Shown: positions 11,004 to 22,697 of the stretch, piece after piece
Numbering within the stretch: position 1 is the first letter of the stretch
Layout of the letters: each line of letters starts with the position of its first letter
DNA from: Sphingomonadales bacterium
GTDB taxonomy: Bacteria; Pseudomonadota; Alphaproteobacteria; Sphingomonadales; Sphingomonadaceae
DNA: 64,000 nt
Assembly: GCA_038319435.1 (NCBI GenBank)
Contig: JBBQDG010000008.1
Span: 11,319-75,318, forward strand
Direction of reading: 5' to 3'
Notes under the pieces: generated by a model
What the model was told of the DNA's origin: nothing
The model's database searches: none
Seen by the model: only the letters and a program-made list of their open reading frames with translations
Translations under genes and position numbers: made by a program

Positions 11004-13889
11004 TTAGCCGCGCTCGCCCTTCGATGGCGGCGGCGGTGGCGGCGGTGGCGGAGGCGGCGGCACCGGGCAGGCCGCATCGAGCGCGATCACGCTGCCGTCG
11101 GCGCAGGTCTGCGTCGCAGGCGGCGGGGGCGGAGGTGGTGGCGGCGGCGGGGGTGGCGGCGGTGCAACCTTGGGCGCCGCGAAGTTCGCCCGGAGCGTCA
11201 GGCCGAAGGTGCGCGGCTCAGCCAGGAAGGCCGAGAAAATCTGGCGCCCGCCCGGGAAGGCCGGATCAACGAATGGTGCGCCGCTCCTGCCCGCCTGGAA
11301 CGGCGAGTTGAAGGCAACCTGCGCATAATTCTTGTTGAACAAATTCTGCGCCCACACTTCGATCGACCAGCGATTGTCGGGACCGCGCAGGCCGACGCGG
11401 CCATTGACCAGCGTGTAGCTTTCCTGACCCTTTTGCGGGAACAGATCGGACCCCGTAATGTAATGGCCGCTATAGCGCGCATCGACATAGAATAGCGCCG
11501 AGAGGCCACTGCCACCGATGCGCGGCGTGTAGCCGATCGATCCGGTGGCGACCGTGCGCGGGGCATTCGACAGTTCCTGGCCCGGCAGGACGCGCAATGC
11601 CGGGTTGAGCGGGGCACCGGTGTCCCGACCGACCAGATTGTTGCGATACTTGGTCGTGGCCAAGGTCAAGCCGGCGGTGAGGCTGAGGTCCCGCGTCGGA
11701 CGGAACGACGATTCGAGCTCGACCCCCTGACTGCGCACGCCATATTGCACGTCGCTGCTGTTGCAGGCTCCCGTGGCGCTTGACTGGTCGCGGTCGGCGC
11801 CGGCCAGATCGGTTTTGCAGCTGTTGACGTTCTGGACGATGAACACCGTTCCATCGAACGTATTGAGCTGGAAGTTCTTGAACTCCTGGCGGAACAGGGA
11901 AACGTTGAAGGTTATGCCGTGCGCGGTGAACTTTCCGCCGAGTTCATAGGCCCGGACGGTTTCCGGATCGAACTGCAGGTTGGCCGCCAGCGCTTGCGCT
12001 CCGCCGAGACTGGCAAATGTCCGGATCGGCGATTTCAGCGCGGACTTGTCGAGGTTGAAGCCGCCCGCCTTGTAGCCGCTCGAGACGCTGCCATAGAGTA
12101 GCAAATGGTCGGTTGGCTTGTACGACAGCACGCCGGTACCGGTGAACCGATGCTCCTTGCGCTTGCCATTGAGCGTTGCGCCATTCAATTCCGAAGTGCT
12201 GTTGCCCTGACAGCTGAGCGCGAGAATGCCACCCGCCGTCGCGGCGAGCGCCGGGACGGCCAGGAACGGCGTCAGCGCGGCCTGGTTCTGGGCGCAGGCC
12301 ACGTTGTCGTTGCCGAATGACGCATTGAGCCTCTTTCGCTCGTTGGTGTAGCGCACGCCGATCGTCGCATCGAGGCGATCGGTGATGTGGAGGATGTTGT
12401 GCGTGAAGACCGCGAAGTTGCGGCTGTTCTGCTTGAACAGATCGCCGGTGCTGCCGCGATCGCTGATGCCATCGAGCCGGTCGATCGCGGCGTAGAAGGC
12501 CGGTGACGCCCCACCAAATGCTGCCGGACGCGCGGCCAGGCAGCCCGCCGCAGCGGGGTTATAAAGCGGTGCCAGGGCACTGCCCGAGACTAGGCGGCAG
12601 GTCGCGAACCGCCCGTACTGGTTGCCGAAGCGCAGCTCATCTTCGACCGTGAGATTTTCGTTGGCGTAATAAGCGCCGACCAGCCAGTCGAGCTTCTTGT
12701 TGAACGCCGAGCCCTGCAGTCGCAGCTCCTGGGTGAAGGTCTTGAACTGGCGGAAGCTTTTGCCGTCATTGGGGCGATAGAGGATGTCGACCGTGCTGTA
12801 ATCACCGTCGCCCTGCTGGTTCGCCTTGTAGCTGCGGTAGGCGGTGATCGAGGTCAGCTTGGCGCCGCCAAAGTCATAACCGAGCTCGCCCGACACACCG
12901 CCGTCGGTGGTCTTGGCGCTGAAGCTGCGGCCGCGCGACACGGAAATGTCGCGGTTGTAGGGATTGTTGAACGCCGACAGATTCTGACCAAGATCGCGAA
13001 TCACGCCAATGATATTATTCTGCGCCGGATCGTTCAGCCCGCCGATGTTGCTGTTGATATTGTTGTTGAGATAAACCGCGCCGCAGCATTTTTCGATGCG
13101 ATGGGTGTAATCGCCGATCAGGCGGAAACTGAACCGGTCATCGGGTTGATAGAGCAGCTGGCCGCGGACAAAGTAGCGGTTGCGGTCATTGACGTCGGTG
13201 CCGTTGTTGCGGTCGTGGTAGAAGCCGTCGCGCTTGACGTAGACTCCGTCGAGCCGGAACGCGAGGCTGTCCGACAGCGGGCCGGTGAGCCCGGCCGCAA
13301 ACCGGCGTAGATTATAATTGCCGATCGTCGCTTCGCCCGAACCGCCGAAGGTGAACGACGGCTTCTTCGAAAAGATCGAGATCAGGCCGGCCGACGCATT
13401 GCGGCCGAACAGCGTGCCCTGCGGCCCGCGCAGGACCTCGATCCGGTCGAGTTCGCCCAGCTCGCTAAGGCCAATGCCCGAGCGTGAACGGTAGACGCCA
13501 TCGATGAACACCGCGACTGAGCTTTCAAGCCCGGGATTGTCGCCGACGGTGCCGATGCCGCGAATTCGCGCCGAGCCATTGGCTTCGGTGCCGGTCGAGG
13601 ACACCAGCAGCGACGGGGCGAGCTGGTTCAGCGAGCGAATGTCGGTGGCGCCGGAATTCTTGAGCGAATCGCCCGAGACGGCGGTGACGGAAATTGGCAC
13701 GTTCTGCAGCGCTTGGCGGCGACCCTGAGCGGTGACGATGATTTCGCCGGTGTCGACAGCCGGCGCAACCGCAGCGGCTGCGGTCGGGCTCTGGGGGGAG
13801 GTAGCCGTCTGGCCGGTGTCCTGCGCCAGGGCGGGCGTGGCGGTGAGGGCGGTGAGTCCGGCCGATGCCAGCAGAAGCGACTTGTTCAT
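11004..13889 (-). CDS. TonB-dependent receptor with Pro-rich C-terminal extension
   Basis: signal peptide MNKSLLLASAGLTALTATPALA, TonB box EIIVTAQ, plug motif RIEVLRGPQGTLFGRNA, last barrel strand PRTFGLTLRANF followed by a 58-aa tail; GGAGG SD before ATG 13889. Confidence 0.93.
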   Translation of the reverse strand: MNKSLLLASAGLTALTATPALAQDTGQTATSPQSPTAAAAVAPAVDTGEIIVTAQGRRQALQNVPISVTAVSGDSLKNSGATDIRSLNQLAPSLLVSSTGTEANGSARIRGIGTVGDNPGLESSVAVFIDGVYRSRSGIGLSELGELDRIEVLRGPQGTLFGRNASAGLISIFSKKPSFTFGGSGEATIGNYNLRRFAAGLTGPLSDSLAFRLDGVYVKRDGFYHDRNNGTDVNDRNRYFVRGQLLYQPDDRFSFRLIGDYTHRIEKCCGAVYLNNNINSNIGGLNDPAQNNIIGVIRDLGQNLSAFNNPYNRDISVSRGRSFSAKTTDGGVSGELGYDFGGAKLTSITAYRSYKANQQGDGDYSTVDILYRPNDGKSFRQFKTFTQELRLQGSAFNKKLDWLVGAYYANENLTVEDELRFGNQYGRFATCRLVSGSALAPLYNPAAAGCLAARPAAFGGASPAFYAAIDRLDGISDRGSTGDLFKQNSRNFAVFTHNILHITDRLDATIGVRYTNERKRLNASFGNDNVACAQNQAALTPFLAVPALAATAGGILALSCQGNSTSELNGATLNGKRKEHRFTGTGVLSYKPTDHLLLYGSVSSGYKAGGFNLDKSALKSPIRTFASLGGAQALAANLQFDPETVRAYELGGKFTAHGITFNVSLFRQEFKNFQLNTFDGTVFIVQNVNSCKTDLAGADRDQSSATGACNSSDVQYGVRSQGVELESSFRPTRDLSLTAGLTLATTKYRNNLVGRDTGAPLNPALRVLPGQELSNAPRTVATGSIGYTPRIGGSGLSALFYVDARYSGHYITGSDLFPQKGQESYTLVNGRVGLRGPDNRWSIEVWAQNLFNKNYAQVAFNSPFQAGRSGAPFVDPAFPGGRQIFSAFLAEPRTFGLTLRANFAAPKVAPPPPPPPPPPPPPPPATQTCADGSVIALDAACPVPPPPPPPPPPPPSKGERG

Positions 13890-14029
13890 ATAATCCTCCC
13901 CGGAAGACTTTTTCTTCTCGTCAACAGAAAAGCTAGTCGCCTCGTCGCGCGAAGGGAACAGGTCGCGGGGTTTTCCGCCGCTTTTCAATGAGGATTGCGG
14001 CACGGATGCAACAGCTTGTGACAAGTCCC

Positions 14030-14068
14030 AAAAAAAAGCCCGGCTGCCGTAACGGCAATCCGGGCTCT
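14030..14068 (-). terminator. intrinsic terminator after infC
   Basis: minus strand GCCCGGATTGCCG-TTAC-GGCAGCCGGGC followed by T8. Confidence 0.85.
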
Positions 14069-14094
14069 ATTTTCGGCTGAATTAACGGGCCTGC

Positions 14095-14640
14095 CTATTT
14101 AGGCGACAGCACCATCAGCATTTGCCGGCCTTCCATCCGCGGATGGGCTTCGACCTTGGCGATTTCGGCGGTCTCGACCTGGACTCGCTGGAGCACCGCC
14201 ATGCCGAGCTGGCCATTGGCCATCTCGCGCCCGCGGAAGCGCATCGTCACCTTGACCTTGTCGCCATCCTCGATGAACTCGACGACCTTCTTCATCTTCG
14301 TATCATAATCATGATCGTCGATGTTCGGACGCATTTTGATCTCCTTGATCTCCTGCGTCTTTTGCCGCTTCTTCTGCTCGTTAGCCTTTTTCTGGGCTTC
14401 ATATTTGAAGCGGCCGATATCGAGGAATTTGGCGACCGGGGGGTCGGCGTTGGGACTGATCTCGACCAGGTCGAGGCCGACGCCCTGCGCCTGCTCGAAC
14501 GCCTCGCGCGTATACATCACGCCCAGATTCTCGCCATTTTCGTCGATCACCCGGACTTTCTGCGCCTGGATGAATTCGTTGTAGCGCGGGCCGGTAAACT
14601 GCGGCGGCGCCTGCGATCGGCGCGGATAGGGCGGTGGTAT
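14095..14640 (-). CDS. infC: translation initiation factor IF-3 (non-canonical ATA start)
   Basis: KEIKMRPNIDDHDY and KVKVTMRFRGRE; the frame stays open 30 codons upstream of the ORF-track GTG (GPRYNEFIQAQKVRVID) to ATA 14640, with GGAG 8 nt upstream. Confidence 0.9.
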   Translation of the reverse strand: MPPPYPRRSQAPPQFTGPRYNEFIQAQKVRVIDENGENLGVMYTREAFEQAQGVGLDLVEISPNADPPVAKFLDIGRFKYEAQKKANEQKKRQKTQEIKEIKMRPNIDDHDYDTKMKKVVEFIEDGDKVKVTMRFRGREMANGQLGMAVLQRVQVETAEIAKVEAHPRMEGRQMLMVLSPK

Positions 14641-14741
14641 AGCGGAATCTCCAAAGTTACAGGTGAGCGCCAGCTAAGCCTTTGCGACCCACATGTGAAG
14701 GGGAAGCGACTCGTTTTTGCCGCACCTGTGGCGGCGGCGCG

Positions 14742-15959
14742 TCAGATCGGCAGGCCGCGCAGCAGCAAGGGGAGCTCGCCGCTGGTGCCGCGGGCTTCCG
14801 ACATCAGCCGGCTCTTGAGCGGTCCGATGCGGTCGACCAGGCCCATACCCAAACGGCGCACCGCGGCGGCGGTCTTGCCCGGGACCGAGTAGAGCCGGTT
14901 GAGCCCGTCGGTCGAGATCGCGACCATCAGCGTGTCGAGACTGCGCCAACGCTGGTAGCGGTCAAGCAGCTGGCGGTCGCCGAGGTCGAGCCCGAGGCGC
15001 GCGCCTTCGACCAGCACTTGCGCAAGGGCAGCGGCGTCGCGGAAGCCGAGGTTGAGCCCCTGACCGGCAATCGGGTGGACCGCGTGGGCGGCGTCGCCAA
15101 CGAGCGCGAGACGATTATCGGTGATTCGCGCGGCGTGGTGGAAGCCGAGCGGGTAGGACGAGCGCGGGGCGGCCATCGTCAGCGCGCCGAGGAAACCGCC
15201 CATCGCCGCCTGGGCCTCGCCGGCGAACTGCTCGTCGGTGAGCGCGAGCAGGCCGGGGGCATCTTTCTCGCGAATCGACCAGACGATCGCCGAGCGCGGG
15301 CCTGTTTCGTCGTCGATCATCGGCAGCAGCGCGAAGGGGCCCGAGGGGTAGAAGATCTCGTAGGCAATGCCGTCATGCGGGATTTCGTGGTGCAGGATCG
15401 AGACGATCGCGCGGTGGTTGTAGGACCATTTGGCGATGCGGATCCCGGCAGCGTCGCGGGTGGCGGAGTTGCGCCCCTCGGCCGAGACGAGCAGCGGTGC
15501 GTGGAGTGTATGGCCGTCGTCGAGGGTGACCGTCACGCCATGCTCGCCGCGATCGATCGAGCTTGCACTGGTCTTGTAACGAAGCGTGATCGCCTTGCCC
15601 GCTTCGGCCCGCGCCCGGAGCGCGGCGCGCAAATCGCGATTTTCGTGCATCCAGCCGAGCGGCTCGCCCTCTTCGCCCGCATCGAAGGTCAGGCTGCCCG
15701 GGGCGAGGCCGTCCGAGGTGCGGATCTGGCGGATCGGGCCGCCGGGGACGGGAAAGTGTTGGGTGATCCCGATCGCGTCGAACATCCGCGCCGACGACGA
15801 CGAAACCGCGCTGGTGCGGCCATCGAAGGCGGCGCCGAGGCGGAGGTCGGGGTCGGCCGGATCGACGACGGTCGAGGACAGGCCGCTGGCATCGAGCGCG
15901 GCGGCAAGCGCCAGCCCGACAAGGCCTCCACCAAGGATGATCACATCACTTCGCTGCAT
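14742..15959 (-). CDS. UbiH/UbiF/VisC (UbiL-like) FAD-dependent ubiquinone hydroxylase
   Basis: GGGLVG FAD motif, [27 protein letters not shown]. Confidence 0.9.
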   Translation of the reverse strand: MQRSDVIILGGGLVGLALAAALDASGLSSTVVDPADPDLRLGAAFDGRTSAVSSSSARMFDAIGITQHFPVPGGPIRQIRTSDGLAPGSLTFDAGEEGEPLGWMHENRDLRAALRARAEAGKAITLRYKTSASSIDRGEHGVTVTLDDGHTLHAPLLVSAEGRNSATRDAAGIRIAKWSYNHRAIVSILHHEIPHDGIAYEIFYPSGPFALLPMIDDETGPRSAIVWSIREKDAPGLLALTDEQFAGEAQAAMGGFLGALTMAAPRSSYPLGFHHAARITDNRLALVGDAAHAVHPIAGQGLNLGFRDAAALAQVLVEGARLGLDLGDRQLLDRYQRWRSLDTLMVAISTDGLNRLYSVPGKTAAAVRRLGMGLVDRIGPLKSRLMSEARGTSGELPLLLRGLPI

Positions 15960-16066
15960 GTCTGCCCTCTAGGCCGGTGCAGCAAATCAGGAAAGCCTTG
16001 CGTGCGGAGTCCCGGTCAAGGCATTGTAGGTGCCAGGATGTGACGCCACGGCGGCGGGGGATGGAC

Positions 16067-18400
<2,334 letters not shown>

Positions 18401-18489
18401 TTCGCTGAACGGCGCGGAACGGGCGGGTTCAGCGGGCATTCAATGGGGCGCGCCCATTTCGCGGACCAAGCAATTTTCCGGAGAATAAC

Positions 18490-19113
18490 ATGTCTTTTTC
18501 GAGCAACGCGATGCGCGCCCTCGCGCCATTTGCCCTCGTCGCGCTGGCCGTCCCCGCCGCCGCGGCGATTGATCCGGCGGTCGCGCAGGTCGAGCGGAGC
18601 CTCGCCGCGACGAGTTCGATGACCGCGACCTTCGTCCAGACCAATGGTAAGGGGCAGCAGCTCAGCGGCAAACTCACCCTCAAGCGCCCCGGCAAGGCGC
18701 GGTTCGACTATGGGACGAGCGCCAATATCGCGATGGTGGCCGACGGGTCGAACCTCTATTTCCTCGATTATGACGTCGGGCAGAAGAATCGCTGGCCAAT
18801 CGCCAATTCGCCGCTCGCCCCGCTGCTGTCGTCCAACCCAGACCTCGGGCGCATTGCCAGCGCACAGCCGGTCAAGGATCTGCGGGTCGTGCTGGTCCGA
18901 TTGCGCGATGCCCGCCGGCCGGAGTTCGGGACGATGATCATGGCGTTCGTCAAGTCGCCCGCAGCGCCGGGCGGGCTGCAGCTCGAAGGCTGGACCGCGA
19001 TCGACGCGCAGAACAAGAAGACGACGATCAAGCTCGACCAGCAGCGCTACAATGTCGCGGTTCCAGACACCGCCTTCCAGTTCGCCGAGCCGCAAAAAAA
19101 GCGTCGTGGGTGA
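18490..19113 (+). CDS. lolA: outer-membrane lipoprotein carrier LolA
   Basis: signal peptide, ATFVQT, G.L.LKRPGK.RFDY; usual position after ftsK. Confidence 0.9.
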   Translation: MSFSSNAMRALAPFALVALAVPAAAAIDPAVAQVERSLAATSSMTATFVQTNGKGQQLSGKLTLKRPGKARFDYGTSANIAMVADGSNLYFLDYDVGQKNRWPIANSPLAPLLSSNPDLGRIASAQPVKDLRVVLVRLRDARRPEFGTMIMAFVKSPAAPGGLQLEGWTAIDAQNKKTTIKLDQQRYNVAVPDTAFQFAEPQKKRRG

Positions 19114-19139
19114 CACGTTCGCGACGAAAAGCGTAGCTT

Positions 19140-19312
19140 ACAGCAACCTGTTCATCGCCCCGACAGGGATTGCCGCCTAAGGGCTGACAAGATCGCTGAG
19201 CGGCCAGGGGTTTCCCCCTGTTACTCCCGGTGCCAGCGGTCGCCTTGCGTGACGAATACGCTTGGTCGGCCCTCGCTCCATGCCCCCGGAGCGGGGGCCT
19301 TTACCTTTTTTT
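19140..19312 (+). ncRNA. candidate small RNA, or structured lolA 3' UTR
   Basis: ORF-poor intergenic region with hairpin CAGGGG-TTTC-CCCCTG and a strong terminator; 5' end is a guess. Confidence 0.3.
19268..19312 (+). terminator. intrinsic terminator
   Basis: 12-bp stem GGCCCTCGCTCC/GGAGCGGGGGCC, loop ATGCCCCC, then TTTACCTTTTTTT. Confidence 0.85.
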
Positions 19313-19320
19313 GGGGGGTG

Positions 19321-19402
19321 CTGTTCCAGCCCATACCCCCACCCGACCAACCCATAGGATACTCTCAGTGGGTTGGCCGGGTGCGGGTGCGGGCTGGCAC
19401 AG
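19321..19402. repeat. 82-bp long imperfect inverted repeat
   Basis: 34-nt arms (19321-19354 and 19369-19402) with 5 mismatches and a 14-nt loop. Confidence 0.85.
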
Positions 19403-19430
19403 TTCTTCGCCAATCGATAAGCGCTTCCCT

Positions 19431-20222
19431 GTGACCAATCTCAAGATCGCTTCGTGGAACATCAACTCCGTCCGAGCCCGGGCGGGCATCGTCGAGCGGC
19501 TGCTGGGCGAGGAAGCGCCCGACATCCTGTGCCTGCAGGAGACCAAGGCGATGGACTCGGTGTTCCCGGCCGAGATGTTTCACCGCCTCGGTTATCGCCA
19601 CCAGCTGCTCAACGGGCAAAAGATGCATCATGGCGTGGCGATCGTCAGCAAGCTGCCACTGCACGACGATCTGCGCCACGACTGGCAGGACAATGGCGAG
19701 GCGCGGCATGTTGGCGCGCGGCTCGATTGCGGGCTGCGGATCGAGAATGTCTATATCCCGGCCGGGGGCGACGTTCCCGACCGGACGCTCAATCCCAAGT
19801 TCGGACAGAAGCTCGACTTCCTCGAGCGGATGACGCGCTGGTCGGAAAAGTTGGCTGAGCCGACTTTGATCGTCGGCGACTTCAACATCGCACCGCTCGA
19901 ATGCGATGTGTGGAGCCACAAGGCGTTGATCGATGTCGTCAGCCATACGCCGATCGAGATCGAGGCACTGGCGCGGCTGCAGGCGGCGCATGGCTGGGTC
20001 GACCTGGGGCGCCAGTTCATTCCCGCGCCGGAGCGCAACTTCACCTGGTGGAGCTATCGCGCGGCCGACTGGGCGGCGAGCGATCGCGGGCGGCGGCTCG
20101 ACCATATGTGGGTCAGCCCGAGCCTCGCCTCGACCGCGACCGGGCATCGTGTGCTCGAACCGGTGCGCGGGTGGGAAAAGCCGTCGGATCATGTCCCGCT
20201 GGTCGTCGAGCTGTCGCTGTGA
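19431..20222 (+). CDS. xth: exodeoxyribonuclease III
   Basis: KIASWNINSVR, LCLQETK, GDFNIAP, FTWWSYR, RLDH, SDH; GTG start 19431. Confidence 0.95.
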   Translation: MTNLKIASWNINSVRARAGIVERLLGEEAPDILCLQETKAMDSVFPAEMFHRLGYRHQLLNGQKMHHGVAIVSKLPLHDDLRHDWQDNGEARHVGARLDCGLRIENVYIPAGGDVPDRTLNPKFGQKLDFLERMTRWSEKLAEPTLIVGDFNIAPLECDVWSHKALIDVVSHTPIEIEALARLQAAHGWVDLGRQFIPAPERNFTWWSYRAADWAASDRGRRLDHMWVSPSLASTATGHRVLEPVRGWEKPSDHVPLVVELSL

Positions 20223-21262
20223 AGCCGGGCGCGCTGGAGCCGGCGATTGCCGCGCTTCGGGGCGGGCGCGCGGTGGGCGTGGGGGCGAGTGCATTCCTGT
20301 CAGTGGAGACGGGTGGTGCGGAGATGCTGTCCCTGCTGGATCCTGAAGGCAAAGCGCGGCTGTTGATCAGTGGCGAACGGGCGGCGGCGCTTGGGCTGGG
20401 TAATGAGGGCAATGCCGCTGATCCGGCGCGGCCGGTGCTGATCGGGCGGGCGGACTGGCTCGATGCCGAGACAGCGCTGGCGATTGTCGATCCGGCGCTC
20501 GACATGGCGCGGGGGCCGATCGGGCCGTTGCAACCGGTCGCGCTTCCCGAGGGGGATGACGCCGCTGCGGGGCTGGTGCTGGCACGGCGTGCAGGGCTGC
20601 TGCCGGCGCTGTGGTGGCTCGACGGTCAGGCCAAGGTCAGGCCAACAACAGGCGTGCGCGACATATTGGATGCGCCGAGCGAGGCGGTGATCGTGGCGCG
20701 GGCGCGGTTGCCGGTGACCGACATCGGCGAGACGCAAGTCATCGCATTCCGTGATGTGGCGACGGGGGAGGAGCATGTCGCGCTGGTGATCGGGGCATTC
20801 GGGGGCAAGCCGCCGTTGGTGCGGCTGCATAGCGAGTGCCTGACCGGCGACGTGTTCGGGAGCCTCAAATGCGACTGCGGGCCGCAGCTGCAGGAAGCGT
20901 TGCGGCTGATCCAGCAGGATGGCGGTGGCGTGCTGCTCTACCTGCGCCAGGAAGGGCGGGGGATCGGGCTGGCCAACAAGATCCGCGCGTATCAGCTTCA
21001 GGACCGCGGGCTCGACACGGTCGATGCCAATCGCCGGCTGGGGTTCGCCGATGACAATCGCGATTATGGGCTGGCGGCGGCGATGCTGCGCGCGTTGGGG
21101 GTCAGCGAGGTGCGGCTGCTGACTAACAATCCGGCCAAGCTCGCGGGGCTCGAGGCGGCGGGGGTGCGGGTGGCCGAACGGGTCGCCCATCTCATGCCAA
21201 CCAACCCCCATAACGCCGATTATATCGCGACAAAACAAGGGCGTAGCGGGCATCTTCGTTAG
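20219..21262 (+). CDS. ribA: GTP cyclohydrolase II
   Basis: RLHSECLTGDVFGSLKCDCG, QEGRGIGL.NK, LLTNNP.K; GTGA overlap with xth. Confidence 0.95.
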   Translation: MKPGALEPAIAALRGGRAVGVGASAFLSVETGGAEMLSLLDPEGKARLLISGERAAALGLGNEGNAADPARPVLIGRADWLDAETALAIVDPALDMARGPIGPLQPVALPEGDDAAAGLVLARRAGLLPALWWLDGQAKVRPTTGVRDILDAPSEAVIVARARLPVTDIGETQVIAFRDVATGEEHVALVIGAFGGKPPLVRLHSECLTGDVFGSLKCDCGPQLQEALRLIQQDGGGVLLYLRQEGRGIGLANKIRAYQLQDRGLDTVDANRRLGFADDNRDYGLAAAMLRALGVSEVRLLTNNPAKLAGLEAAGVRVAERVAHLMPTNPHNADYIATKQGRSGHLR

Positions 21263-21287
21263 GCTGAAGATGTTCAGTCAAGACGCG

Positions 21288-21944
21288 TTAGTCGTCGAAC
21301 ATTGCGGTGCCAACCCGGACCGCCGTCGCACCCAACATGACCGCCGTCGAATAATCGCCTGACATCCCCATGCTGAGGCCGGTGACGCCATGACGGCGCG
21401 CGAGCTTGGCGAGGAGGGCGAAGAAGGGGCCGGGCTCGGGGCCGAGCGGGGGGATGGCCATCAACCCCGCAAGTGGCAGAGGCGAGGCGCGGACCTGGTT
21501 GAGGAAGGCGGGGAGATCGGTGAGGGAGATGCCACCCTTCTGCTCCTCGTCGCCAATGTTGACCTGGATGTAGACCTGTGGGGTCCGTCCTGCCTTTGCT
21601 GCGGCGGTGACGAGCGCGGCGAGCAGTGAGGCGCGGTCGAGCGAATGGATCGTGTCGAATAGCTCGACCGCCTCTGCCACCTTGTTCGATTGCAGCCGGC
21701 CGATGCAGTGAAGACGAATATCCGGGTGAGTGGCGCGCAGGGCAAGCCATTTGTCTTGAGCTTCCTGGACGCGGCTTTCGCCGAAGTCGCGCTGGCCGGC
21801 GTCGATCAATGCCTCGATCTCGGCGACGCTGCGAGTCTTGCTCACCGCGATCAGCGTGATGTCCGCCGGATCGCGCTTGGCTAGGCGCGCAGCGGACGCG
21901 ATCGACTCGAGGACGTGCAAGCGCCGGTCGGCGGCGGAAATCAT
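21288..21944 (-). CDS. yggS: YggS family PLP-binding protein
   Basis: LIAVSKT, DFGESRVQE, IGRLQSNK, LSMGMSGD, VRVGT. Confidence 0.95.
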   Translation of the reverse strand: MISAADRRLHVLESIASAARLAKRDPADITLIAVSKTRSVAEIEALIDAGQRDFGESRVQEAQDKWLALRATHPDIRLHCIGRLQSNKVAEAVELFDTIHSLDRASLLAALVTAAAKAGRTPQVYIQVNIGDEEQKGGISLTDLPAFLNQVRASPLPLAGLMAIPPLGPEPGPFFALLAKLARRHGVTGLSMGMSGDYSTAVMLGATAVRVGTAMFDD

Positions 21945-21974
21945 CGGGTCACGGCTTTCGAAACGGCGAGCGGG

Positions 21975-22697
21975 TCAGAACTTGAAGGCGGTTCCGACGT
22001 AGACAGCCTGGCTGTCGCGGCGCTGATCGGCAAGCGCAGCGACGCGGTCATGTTCGACCTTGTAGCGGACTCCGCCGGTGAGCGCGAGGTTGTGGGTCAG
22101 CGAATAGGCCGCGCCGAGGTCGACCGCGACATGATCCTTGCTGGTCAACGCGGGAACCTGCGAGCCGTCGCCGCGATCGGCGTCGAGAGCAACCCGGCCG
22201 GTGAAGCGCTTGAGGTTATAGGAGATTGCCATCGCGGCGCTCTCGCGTCCGCCGAGCGGCGAGCCGGCGCCAGTCACCTTGGCGACATCGCCAGAGACGG
22301 CGAAACGACGCCAGCCGAGCGCGACCCCGAGGTTGTAGGTCGCAGGGGTCAGCGCGATGAGCGAATCGGTCGCGGCGGCGATGCCCGGGTTGATCGAGGT
22401 CGCAGCGACCGCGCGGGCGCGGATCGCGACGCGCAGTTGCGCCGGGCGGCCCTTGGCGGCGGCGGGCGTGAAGCGGAAGTCGCTGGCCGCAGGAGCGCGG
22501 CTGGCAAAGGACGCAGCGAGGCGCGGATCGGCGCCGGCCGGAGTAAAGCTGCCGAGCGAGTCGAAGCTGAGTGAAACCGGCGGGGCATGGCGCGGCGAAT
22601 CACCGCGCGCGAACAAGGCGGCAGGAGCGAGCGCAAGCGCGACCACGGCTGCAAAAGCAGCGCGGCGCAGCGTTTTCGACTCGGCCCGGTTGCTCAC
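21975..22697 (-). CDS. hypothetical outer-membrane beta-barrel (porin-like) protein
   Basis: signal peptide, amphipathic strands, C-terminal strand YVGTAFKF ending in Phe. Confidence 0.7.
   Translation of the reverse strand: MSNRAESKTLRRAAFAAVVALALAPAALFARGDSPRHAPPVSLSFDSLGSFTPAGADPRLAASFASRAPAASDFRFTPAAAKGRPAQLRVAIRARAVAATSINPGIAAATDSLIALTPATYNLGVALGWRRFAVSGDVAKVTGAGSPLGGRESAAMAISYNLKRFTGRVALDADRGDGSQVPALTSKDHVAVDLGAAYSLTHNLALTGGVRYKVEHDRVAALADQRRDSQAVYVGTAFKF

Noticed and set aside
15977-16066. N-terminal extensions in the ORF track (ftsK, TBDR, rho, parA, parB, pheS, pheT, maf, aroE, ribA, YcgN, ankyrin protein)
   Set aside because: Longest-ORF artefacts; homology motifs, SD positions and stop/start overlaps support the downstream starts used here
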